NCBI GenBank assembly: GCA_903860745.1
Contig: CAIORQ010000026.1
Span: forward strand, 25,825-89,824
Direction of reading: 5' to 3'
Length of the DNA stretch: 64,000 nt
From: an uncultured Actinomycetes bacterium
Lineage (GTDB): Bacteria > Actinomycetota > Acidimicrobiia > Acidimicrobiales > RAAP-2
The position numbers and the translations under genes are program-made. Below the pieces are notes generated by a model, which worked only from the letters and a program-made list of their open reading frames with translations, did not search any database and was not told where the DNA came from. Numbering within the stretch: the stretch's first letter is position 1; every line of letters begins with the position of its first letter. This document shows, piece after piece, positions 44,931 through 53,275 of this stretch.

Positions 44931-46393
44931 GCGAACTGCGCGTCGACGTCGACGGTGTGGCCGTATCGCCCGAGCACTTCATCGACGGACGACGCGTCGG
45001 GTCAGCCGACACCTTCGAGGACCGTTCGCCCCTGGACTGGTCCTGGAAGCTCGCCGACGTCGCCCGCGGCACGGCTCACGAGGCCGACCTCGCCGTCAGC
45101 GCCGCCGGGGCGGCCTTTCCCGGCTGGGCCGCCCTCGGGGTGGAGGCGCGCGGCGAGTACCTGGACCGTCTGGCCGACCTCATCGACCGCGACATCGAAC
45201 GCATCGCCCACGTGGAGTGCCTCGACATGGCCATGCTCGAGGAGAGCCTGCGACTTCGCGTCATCTCCCGCGGAGCGCGCAACTTCCGCGCCTACGCCCA
45301 ACTGGCCCGCGAGTACCGGGCCCGACGCTGGAGCTCCAACGGCACCGACAACGTCGTCCTGCGCCATCCCGCGGGTCCCACGGTGGTCATCACCCCCTGG
45401 AACGCTCCCTTCATGCTCTCGACCTGGAAGTGCGCCCCCGCCCTGGCCGCGGGCAACACGGTCGTCTTGAAGCCCGCGGAGTGGTCGCCGTTGTCGTGCT
45501 CGATGTTGATGGACCTCGTCGACGAGGCCGGCTTCCCACCCGGGGTCTTCAACGTCGTCCAGGGCTTCGGCGAGGAGGTCGGCGCGGCGCTGGTGAACGA
45601 CCCCCGCATTCGGCGCATCTCCTTCACCGGCTCCCCCGAGACCGGACGGATCATCGGCGAGGCCGCCGCCCGCAATCTCGTCCCCTTCACGGCGGAGCTC
45701 GGCGGCAAGGGGCCCTTCCTCGTCTTCGACGACGCCGACCTCGACGCCGCCGCCCAGAAGGCCGCCGTCATGTTCGACGACGGCGGCCAGGTCTGCCTCG
45801 CGGGCACGCGCCTCCTGGTGCACGACGGCGTCTTCGACGAGTTCGTAGCCAAGCTGCGCGCGGCCAGCGACCGACACGTCATGGGTGACTCCCGCGCCGC
45901 CGACACCACCTTGTCGCCACTGATCCATCCCGAGCACCTGGCCCGGGTCAGGGGCTTCGTCGAGCGCGCCAGGGAGTCGGGCGACGTCATCCTCTTCGGC
46001 GGCCACGAGGCCGACGACGAGGGTCTGTGGTACCGGCCCACCGTCATCGAACCCCACTCGAACGACGCCGAAGTCGTCCAGCGCGAGATCTTCGGACCGG
46101 TCCTCACCCTGCAACGCTTCGGCGACGAAGACGAGGCGGTGGCGCTGGCCAACTCGACGCAGTACGGCCTCTCCGCGATCATCTACACCTCGAGCCAGGA
46201 GCGCGCCGAGCGCGTGGGCGCACGCGTGCGCGCCGGCACGGTCTGGGTCAACTGCTTCTTGGTGCGCGACCTCACCGCCCCCTTCGGCGGCATCGGCATC
46301 AGCGGGGTCGGCCGCGAGGGTGGCGACTACGCGCTCGACTTCTACTCCGATCTGACAACGCTGCAAATCAAGGAAGGAACCACTCATGGGTGA
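44927..46393 (+). CDS. hpaE: 5-carboxymethyl-2-hydroxymuconate-semialdehyde dehydrogenase-like aldehyde dehydrogenase
   Basis: ALDH motifs FTGSPETGR, ELGGKGP, and catalytic Cys in GQVCLAGTR. ATGA overlap with the upstream gene. Confidence 0.85.
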   Translation: MSELRVDVDGVAVSPEHFIDGRRVGSADTFEDRSPLDWSWKLADVARGTAHEADLAVSAAGAAFPGWAALGVEARGEYLDRLADLIDRDIERIAHVECLDMAMLEESLRLRVISRGARNFRAYAQLAREYRARRWSSNGTDNVVLRHPAGPTVVITPWNAPFMLSTWKCAPALAAGNTVVLKPAEWSPLSCSMLMDLVDEAGFPPGVFNVVQGFGEEVGAALVNDPRIRRISFTGSPETGRIIGEAAARNLVPFTAELGGKGPFLVFDDADLDAAAQKAAVMFDDGGQVCLAGTRLLVHDGVFDEFVAKLRAASDRHVMGDSRAADTTLSPLIHPEHLARVRGFVERARESGDVILFGGHEADDEGLWYRPTVIEPHSNDAEVVQREIFGPVLTLQRFGDEDEAVALANSTQYGLSAIIYTSSQERAERVGARVRAGTVWVNCFLVRDLTAPFGGIGISGVGREGGDYALDFYSDLTTLQIKEGTTHG

Positions 46394-47270
46394 AATCGTC
46401 GGGGCGGGCCTGTTGGCCCACGTGCCCACCATCGTCTTGCCGGACGACGTGCGCCGCGAGCTCAACAACGGGCGCGAGAGCACTCTGTACACCGGCTTGC
46501 ACAACCTCAAGCGCGAGGTCTTCGACGTCCTCAAGCCTGACGTGATCCTCGTCTTCGACAGCCACTGGTTCACCACCGTGGAGTTCGTCGTCACCGCCCA
46601 CGCCCACCGCAAGGGTTTCTACACCAGCGACGAGCTACCGCGGGGCATGTCGAGCGTCCCCTACGACTTCCCCGGCTCACCCGAACTGGCCCAGTTGATC
46701 GGCAAGATCGCCGACGACACGCCGCAGTGCTGGGTCACGCCCATCGACAACGAGCACCTGCCCCTGGCCTACGCCACCTTGAACTTCATGCCCTTCCTGC
46801 AGAGCGACGAGAAGTGGATGTCGGTGAGCGTCTGCCAGACGGCCGAGATCGCCGACTTCTTGACCGTCGGACGCGTCGTGGCCGAGGCCATCGCCCAAAG
46901 CGACCTGCGTGTGGCGCTCATCGCCTCGGGCGCCGTGAGCCACACCTTCCACAAGCTGCGCGACCTGAGGGCGCACGAGGCCGCCGGCGAGGAGCACATC
47001 TACTCCGAGTCGGCGCGCGAATGGGACCACCGCGTCATCGACGCGCTCCTGGAGGGTGACCACGCCCAGGTACTGGCCGACATGGAGGGTTTCCTCACGG
47101 TCCGGCCCGAGGGCCGCTTCGGCCACTACCTGCAGATGGTCGCGGCACTGGGCGCCGAGAAGTGCACTGCGCCCGGGCGCCTGTTCTCGGACTACGAGAA
47201 CTCCATCGGCACCGGCCAGGTCCACATCTGGTTCGACCGGCCCGACAACGGCTGGACCGGAGGGAACTAG
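46386..47270 (+). CDS. hpaD: LigB-type extradiol dioxygenase (3,4-dihydroxyphenylacetate 2,3-dioxygenase-like)
   Basis: GAGLLAHVPTIVLPD, VFDSHWFTT and GAVSHTF, typical of HpaD/HpcB class III dioxygenases. 8-nt overlap with hpaE. Confidence 0.82.
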   Translation: MGEIVGAGLLAHVPTIVLPDDVRRELNNGRESTLYTGLHNLKREVFDVLKPDVILVFDSHWFTTVEFVVTAHAHRKGFYTSDELPRGMSSVPYDFPGSPELAQLIGKIADDTPQCWVTPIDNEHLPLAYATLNFMPFLQSDEKWMSVSVCQTAEIADFLTVGRVVAEAIAQSDLRVALIASGAVSHTFHKLRDLRAHEAAGEEHIYSESAREWDHRVIDALLEGDHAQVLADMEGFLTVRPEGRFGHYLQMVAALGAEKCTAPGRLFSDYENSIGTGQVHIWFDRPDNGWTGGN

Positions 47271-48064
47271 TGGACGTGACCGGACTGCCCTTCCCGCGCA
47301 CGGCCTCGGGTCGCGCCTCGATCCTGCCTCCCACGCCCTGGCACTACTCGGGGGACCTGTTGACGGTCGAGTACCGGACCGACCCCGACAACGTGCGCGC
47401 CCTGCTGCCACCCGACGTCGATCTCGCGCACGACGACGAAGACCCCGGCGCGGTCGCCTTCATCTGGGCCGACTGGCAGAGCTGCGGCGACGACCGCAGC
47501 GAGATCCTCGACCCGGTGCGATCGCAGTACAAGGAGGCCTTCGTCGTGGTGCGCTGCCGCTACGAAGGGCAGATCTACTCGCGCTGCGTCTTCATCTGGG
47601 TCGACAAGGACTTCGCCCTCGTGCGTGGCTACCTCCAGGGCTACCCCAAGAAGTTGGGCTCCATCCACCAGACCCGCCCCATCACCGTCGGATCGGCCGG
47701 CCCACGACTGCAGAGCGGAGGCCGCTTCGGCATGACCCTGGCCGCCAACGACCGGCGACTGGCGAACGCCACGGTGACCCTGCGGGGCGAGGCCAGCTCG
47801 GGGGGCTTCGTCAACGCACACCCCATGCTGCACCACCGCTGGTTCCCGAGCATCGAGCTCGACGGTCGCGACTCACTGAGCGAGGTCGTGACCATGTCGG
47901 GCGTCGACGTCGAACTCGGACCGGTCTACGCGGGTGACGCGACGCTCGAGCTCTTCGACTCGCCCACCGAGGAGTTGACCCTGCTGACTCCCCGAGAGAT
48001 CCTGGGTGGCTACTTCCGCACGGTGGGGACGACCTTCGCCGGAGGGCGTACACTGACTTCCTGA
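47270..48064 (+). CDS. acetoacetate-decarboxylase (ADC)-family protein
   Basis: PPTPWHYSGDLLTVEY N-terminus and the GYPKK motif (Schiff-base Lys pair position of ADC-family enzymes). GTG 47270 overlaps the hpaD stop by 1 nt. Confidence 0.72.
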   Translation: MDVTGLPFPRTASGRASILPPTPWHYSGDLLTVEYRTDPDNVRALLPPDVDLAHDDEDPGAVAFIWADWQSCGDDRSEILDPVRSQYKEAFVVVRCRYEGQIYSRCVFIWVDKDFALVRGYLQGYPKKLGSIHQTRPITVGSAGPRLQSGGRFGMTLAANDRRLANATVTLRGEASSGGFVNAHPMLHHRWFPSIELDGRDSLSEVVTMSGVDVELGPVYAGDATLELFDSPTEELTLLTPREILGGYFRTVGTTFAGGRTLTS

Positions 48065-48588
48065 TGAGTCGCCGCATCTCCTCCGCCGCCCCCGAAGAGG
48101 TCCTCCAGGCCGAGGTCGACATCCGCCATCGCCTCGAGGGCCGCGAGTTCGACTTCACGGCGATGAGCGCCGTCTCGAACGTCTACCGGGCGGGCACCGC
48201 GGTGCGCAACCACATGGAGCGCACCGTGCTCGCCGACCACGACCTGAGCTGGGTGGCCTTCACCGTGCTGTGGATCCTGTGGATCTGGGACGCCCAGGAG
48301 ACCGGCCACGTGGCCGAGGAGGCGGGCATCACCAAGGGAACGCTGACGGGGGTGATCAAGACGCTCCAGAGTCAACAGCTCATCAAGCGCACGCCGCACC
48401 GCGACGACCGCCGCCGGGTATCCATCTCGCTCACCGCCAAGGGGCGCCGCATGATCACCCAGCTCTTCCCCGCCTTCAACCAGCATGAGGTGGCGGCGGT
48501 GAGCGCACTGACCGACGCCGAACAGCGCGAGTTGGCGCGCCTGCTTCGCAAGGTCACCAACCACATCACCTCGGTGCCCACCGACTGA
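48064..48588 (+). CDS. MarR-family transcriptional regulator
   Basis: Winged-helix region GITKGTLTGVIKTLQSQQLIKRTPHRDDRRRVSISLTAKG. ATG overlaps the previous stop by 1 nt. Confidence 0.85.
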   Translation: MSRRISSAAPEEVLQAEVDIRHRLEGREFDFTAMSAVSNVYRAGTAVRNHMERTVLADHDLSWVAFTVLWILWIWDAQETGHVAEEAGITKGTLTGVIKTLQSQQLIKRTPHRDDRRRVSISLTAKGRRMITQLFPAFNQHEVAAVSALTDAEQRELARLLRKVTNHITSVPTD

Positions 48589-48622
48589 GGCGCCCCCGAC
48601 GCAGTTGTGGCCGCCGCGATCC

Positions 48623-49597
48623 CTAATGGTCGGACGGCGTCTCCGTGTCGACGCCGCCGTACCGTCGGCGAAACAAGACGTAGGAGACGCCGCCCGCCAT
48701 GATCGGAAGCCAGTATCCGCCCAAACGATACGCCAGGGTGGCGAGCAGTGCCGAGGTGTCCTTCACGCCCGCGAGCACGAGCAGTCCGCTCAGGGTCGCC
48801 TCGACGAGTCCCAACCCCCCAGGGGTGAGCGGTAGCAGGCCGACCACCGTGGTGGCGGCGTAGGCCAGCAGCACGAGGGCAGGATTGGGTCGAGCCCCGG
48901 TGGCGCGCAGAGCGGCCAACAAGCTCAGGTAGTCCAACCCGATCCGTCCGGCCACGAGGAGTATCGCTCGGCCCCATTGGCGCCCCAGGTCCGCGGCGAT
49001 CAGGTCACGCTGCTCCAAGAGACGTTGGGCCAGCGGCGCCCAGCTGTGACGACGCCGCCGAAGGAGGTTGAGGATTGACTGGGTGAAGCGGGCCGCGAAC
49101 CGCAGGACGCCGTCGTAGTAGAAGGTGACGACGCCGCCGGCGGCGATGAGCACGAAGCCGCCAATGCCCAACAGCGCGGCCACCAGCAGGTCACGGTTGA
49201 CGGACATGCCGCCGATGACCGCTGGCAGGACGAAGATCGGCAGCGAGAAGAGTGCCCCCGCGTTGAGCAGCGACGCCACCGCCAGCCCTCCCCCGGCCTG
49301 CACCGCGTCGATCCCCGACGACACCAACATCCGGAATTGCACTCCCGCCCCCACGGCATCACCGGCGGGGACCACGTTGGTGACGGCGTTGCCGACGAGG
49401 GATGCCGTCACCACGGCGAACCAATCGCGACTGCGCAGGATCATCCTCTGGAGGGCCAACGAGCAGACGAAGCTTCCGACTTCGGCCAGCAGCATCAAGC
49501 TCAACCACGCGGGCACCAGGCTCGAGAGGCGTGGCCACGCGGCCAGCACGTGCAGCAGGGCGGGCAGGACCACGTAGAACGTGACGCCCGTGACCAC
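48623..49597 (-). CDS. UPF0104 / lysylphosphatidylglycerol-synthase-TM (flippase-like) membrane protein
   Basis: 8 TM helices. C-terminal LPLTPGGLGLVEATL motif characteristic of the family. Confidence 0.75.
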   Translation of the reverse strand: MVTGVTFYVVLPALLHVLAAWPRLSSLVPAWLSLMLLAEVGSFVCSLALQRMILRSRDWFAVVTASLVGNAVTNVVPAGDAVGAGVQFRMLVSSGIDAVQAGGGLAVASLLNAGALFSLPIFVLPAVIGGMSVNRDLLVAALLGIGGFVLIAAGGVVTFYYDGVLRFAARFTQSILNLLRRRRHSWAPLAQRLLEQRDLIAADLGRQWGRAILLVAGRIGLDYLSLLAALRATGARPNPALVLLAYAATTVVGLLPLTPGGLGLVEATLSGLLVLAGVKDTSALLATLAYRLGGYWLPIMAGGVSYVLFRRRYGGVDTETPSDH

Positions 49598-49926
49598 GAT
49601 GGCGGCGCCCCGGCGCAGGGTCGCAGTCGAAGGTCGTGCTCGAGGCTCTCTTTCTATGGACCCAAACTACGCTGCAGCGACCAGCCCCCCGACGACGGCA
49701 CCCAACAACCGGCACACCCGCACGAGTGACGAGGCGTGGGCCCGACACTTCGAGAGATCGCAGTCCGCGCAGACCCCGTCGACTCCCCGGCCGCCGACGT
49801 CGCCCGTCACGTCTCAGTCAACTCTTCGAGTAACCGGACCATCATGGAACGGTCTCGCATGGCCTGGACCTCAGAAGGAAAGTGACCCGACCCCTCTGTC
49901 GATGATCGAAGTCACGTCGTCAGACC

Positions 49927-51072
49927 TCACGGTCGAGCGTTGCCTCCCAGAGGGAGGATCTCGAGTAGCCCTCGACCCTCCGGCGACCGGAACCATCGAA
50001 GATGTCCCAACAGGTAGCCGAAATAGGCGAGATCGGCATTCTCCCTCGAAGCAGTGATGGAATGGAAGTACTCGACCTCCGAGAGCGCGAAATCCAGATG
50101 ACACACTGGCAAGACGGTGTTCAGCGCCTTACCCTCCGCGCTCGACAAGGGACGGAGAGACTCGTAACCGGCCAGGAGTGCCCTCGCGGCAGCGATGTCG
50201 GCGACCACGCCGCCGGCCTTCACCTCGAGCCAGTCCACACAACTGCGTTCGAGCGCGAGGGCGAGGTCGTGGATGGCGTAGGTCCGATTCGCCAGACCGA
50301 GGTCCAGCACCTCGACGACCTGGTCGTCGTCGCTCCAGGTGAGGTTCGAGGGGTGCCAGTCCCCGTGGGTCCACTGGGGCGTCAGCTCCTTCAGCGCCTC
50401 GTGGGCGCGGGCCGCCCACGGCTCAACCTCCGCCAGGTCCACCTTCCAGTCGTAGTGCGACAACGCCGACCCGAGTCCTTCGCGTCGGGCCGCCTGGTCC
50501 GCGACCACCGCCATCAAGTCACCACCCAGCAGGTCGACCGAGTCCATCAGGACCCCCGACGCACTCGCCGTCATATCGAAATCATCCAGAGCGAGGTGCG
50601 TGCGCGCCAGAGCGGCCCCGGCCTCACGAGCGTGCTCCAGCGAAAAATATGGGTGCCACGACGGGACGTCGCGGTAGCGGTCGGCCCCGCGCGCGAGGTC
50701 GTGGACCTCGTAGACGTAGCCGGCGCGCTCCACCACCCCGTCACCGTCCTCTCGCCGCCAGGGTCGAGGGACCGCGACGTCCCGAGATCGAAGGTGGTCG
50801 GCCACCGCGTGCTCGACCCGCAGCCGCGCGGCGCTGCGCACTCGCCGGTCGTGGCGTTTGACGAAACAGTCCCTCTCCCCCACGCGGACCACGGCGGCGC
50901 TCGACATCGGGCGCGGGCTGTGCCACGAGACCGTGACGCCCTCGCTGCAGCCGAAACGAGACAGGACCGCGGCCACCTCCCCGGCGGTCAGGGCGGGCCA
51001 GTCGGCCAGGGTCATCCCCTCACCCATCGAGTGCACCATCGAGCCGCCCGCCGGGGCCTCGTCGCGCGTCAC
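49927..51072 (-). CDS. aminoglycoside-phosphotransferase (APH)/choline-kinase-fold small-molecule kinase
   Basis: Brenner motif WTHGDWHPSNLTW and metal-binding VLDLGLA...YAIHDLA. GTG start overlaps the permease stop (GTGA). Confidence 0.8.
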   Translation of the reverse strand: MTRDEAPAGGSMVHSMGEGMTLADWPALTAGEVAAVLSRFGCSEGVTVSWHSPRPMSSAAVVRVGERDCFVKRHDRRVRSAARLRVEHAVADHLRSRDVAVPRPWRREDGDGVVERAGYVYEVHDLARGADRYRDVPSWHPYFSLEHAREAGAALARTHLALDDFDMTASASGVLMDSVDLLGGDLMAVVADQAARREGLGSALSHYDWKVDLAEVEPWAARAHEALKELTPQWTHGDWHPSNLTWSDDDQVVEVLDLGLANRTYAIHDLALALERSCVDWLEVKAGGVVADIAAARALLAGYESLRPLSSAEGKALNTVLPVCHLDFALSEVEYFHSITASRENADLAYFGYLLGHLRWFRSPEGRGLLEILPLGGNARP

Positions 51073-52439
51073 CGGGCGAGTCGTGGTCGGCGAAGGACCT
51101 TGATCGCGACGTCACCGAGCAGGGTGGCGACGGCCGCCGCCGCGAAGGACAGTATCGACGCCGACATCCAGGGTTGGGAGTGGAAGTGCACCACGCGGTC
51201 GATCGAGGACCACATCGAGACCCACCAGCCGATGTAGCCCGGATTGATGAGCTGGTAGGTGACGAAGCCCAGCGCCCACGGCAGCACCATCCCCCAGCGG
51301 TCGCGCGAGCGAGCGCCGAGGTCCCAGCGGTCGCGCGAACCGACGAAGAAGTCCACCTCGAAGACGGCGCTCATGGGGATGAACACCGAGCCCAGCAGCA
51401 CGAGGAAGTTCTCGTAGTCGTTGATGTTGGTCCACAGGGCCATCGCCGTGGCGACCACCGAGATCGCCACCGCCAGCACCCGGCGGTCCCACAGCGGGCG
51501 AAGGTTCTGGATCGACACGGCCGTCGAATAGACGTTGGCGAAGGACTGGTCGAGCTCGCGCGCGGCCAGGAGGGCGAAACAGACCGAGCCCAGGGGCACG
51601 GCGATGAAGGCGCCGTAGATGTCGTCGGGCGTGCGCGCCACCGTCACCAGGGCGATCAGGCCGATCACGTAGCAGGCGACCTGGGTGATGCTGTACCCCA
51701 GCAGCGTGCCGACGAAGGCCGTTCGCTCGCTGCGGGCGTGGCGGGTGTAGTCGGCCACCAGCGGGGCGAAGGAGATGGCCGCGGCGACGACCGTGTCGGT
51801 GGCGGGCCAGAACCCGCCCCAGGTGCCGTGGGTGAAACCCGGCAGGGGGTGGCGCAGGAGGTCCACGACGAGGTAGACCAGGACCATCGCCACCAGCGGG
51901 GCGGCCACCCGACGCAGCACGCGAACCGCCCCCAGGGGGCGGATGGTGAGCAGCGCCGTGGCCACGCCGGCGACGAGGATATACGTCGTGCGCGACAAGG
52001 ACGGGGCCACCGTGTGGGCCGCGGTCGAGATCGTGACGAGTTCGAAGACCCCCCAACCGAGGCACTGCAGGATGTTGAGCAGCGTGGGGAGGTAGGAGAG
52101 TTCGCCCCCGAAGAGACCCCGCAGGAGCACCATGGTGGGCGCCCCCGTCCGCGTCCCCGCCACGCCGATGGCGGCCACCGCCCAGGTGCCCAGCAGCGTT
52201 CCCAGGACGATGGAGACCAGGGCGGCCGCCAGGGAGAGCTCGGGCGTCCCGACGCCGTTGGGCTGCAGCACGAAGATGGCCCCGGTGAAGCCCAGCAGAC
52301 TGACCCCCAGGTTGCCCCACAGGCCGAAGAGGTCGAGCATGCCCAGTGACTGGGGCACCGGCTCGACCAGGGTGCGGGCCACCTCGGAGCGTTGGTCGCC
52401 GCCCACGGTGGTGAAGTGGGAGATCGCTGGCGATGACAT
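51069..52439 (-). CDS. NCS1 purine-cytosine permease family transporter (CytX-like, putative hydroxymethylpyrimidine/thiamine-related)
   Basis: 12 TM helices. FGLWGNLGVSLLG...LNILQCLGWGVFE is typical of NCS1/CytX. Sits directly behind a TPP riboswitch. Confidence 0.85.
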   Translation of the reverse strand: MSSPAISHFTTVGGDQRSEVARTLVEPVPQSLGMLDLFGLWGNLGVSLLGFTGAIFVLQPNGVGTPELSLAAALVSIVLGTLLGTWAVAAIGVAGTRTGAPTMVLLRGLFGGELSYLPTLLNILQCLGWGVFELVTISTAAHTVAPSLSRTTYILVAGVATALLTIRPLGAVRVLRRVAAPLVAMVLVYLVVDLLRHPLPGFTHGTWGGFWPATDTVVAAAISFAPLVADYTRHARSERTAFVGTLLGYSITQVACYVIGLIALVTVARTPDDIYGAFIAVPLGSVCFALLAARELDQSFANVYSTAVSIQNLRPLWDRRVLAVAISVVATAMALWTNINDYENFLVLLGSVFIPMSAVFEVDFFVGSRDRWDLGARSRDRWGMVLPWALGFVTYQLINPGYIGWWVSMWSSIDRVVHFHSQPWMSASILSFAAAAVATLLGDVAIKVLRRPRLAR

Positions 52440-52442
52440 GGT

Positions 52443-52548
52443 CCTCCTTACGCCGGCATTACCCGGACAAGTTCAACGGTCGGTGGCGCTTCGACCCCGC
52501 AGGATCAACCACCCTCTCAGCCCGGTACGTCCGAGCTCCCGTGCACAA
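52443..52548 (-). promoter_or_regulatory. TPP (THI-box) riboswitch
   Basis: The minus strand reads ...GGGAGCUCGGACGUACCGGGCUGAGAGGGUGG...CCACCGACCGUUGAACUUGUCCGGGUAAUGCCGGCGUAAGGAGG, followed 3 nt later by the ATG. It carries the conserved CUGAGA, ACC..UGAAC and CCGGGUAAUGCCGGCG elements. The SD AAGGAGG is embedded in the 3' arm. Confidence 0.85.
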
Positions 52549-52706
52549 CATCCCCACCATACCGGAAGCCGGGCCGCGGGGCCCGATATTCTCGCGACGC
52601 TCCCCGAGCGTTCATTACGGTCTTAGGAAAATCTCACGAAGGCTGGGCGCGGCGAACGTAATGTCGATTGGGTAGGTGGTGTCCCAACGCGACCGAGGGG
52701 GAAGGT

Positions 52707-53261
52707 ATGAACAAGTTTCGGAATTCCTGGATGGCGGTCGGGCTGATCCTCGGCGTTGGGAGTCTGGCGGGTTCTGCGGGCGCGCCCGCCAGCGCCGCCA
52801 CCTCGACACCGGTGTGTCGCATGTCCCAGATCGAGGTCGCCGTCTCCTTCCCACCCGGCGGTGGTGCCGCGGGCACGACCTACGTCGACTACCTCATCGT
52901 CAACACGTCCACGTCGTCATGCCTCCTGAGAGGATTCCCCAGCTTCAAGTTCGACGACGCCGCTCCGGGCTCCAAGGGCGCGCTGACCGTGGTGCACTCG
53001 ACGAACGTGGGGAAGGCCAAGAACGTGGTCCTGGCCCCCCTCTCCGACGCCTCCTTCGCCATGTCCTACGGCGACGCGTTCGACCAGGGCATCAAGAACC
53101 CGTCGAGCTACTTCTCGACGGTCGGTTGGGTCCACCTGGGCAACGTCAGGCCCACGGCCTCGGCCTGGTTCCACGTGCCCACCGACTTCAACCTCGCCTA
53201 CGCCGGCTTCCGGGTCACCGTCACGCCGATCGTGAGCGGCCCCACTCCCCCGACTCCCTAG
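52707..53261 (+). CDS. secreted DUF4232-domain protein
   Basis: Signal peptide, then TPVCRMSQIEVAV..GGGAAGTTYVDYLIVNTSTSSCLLRGFPSF, typical of DUF4232. ATG 52707 after GAGGGGGAAGG. Confidence 0.7.
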   Translation: MNKFRNSWMAVGLILGVGSLAGSAGAPASAATSTPVCRMSQIEVAVSFPPGGGAAGTTYVDYLIVNTSTSSCLLRGFPSFKFDDAAPGSKGALTVVHSTNVGKAKNVVLAPLSDASFAMSYGDAFDQGIKNPSSYFSTVGWVHLGNVRPTASAWFHVPTDFNLAYAGFRVTVTPIVSGPTPPTP

Positions 53262-53275
53262 TCGCCCGACCCCTC

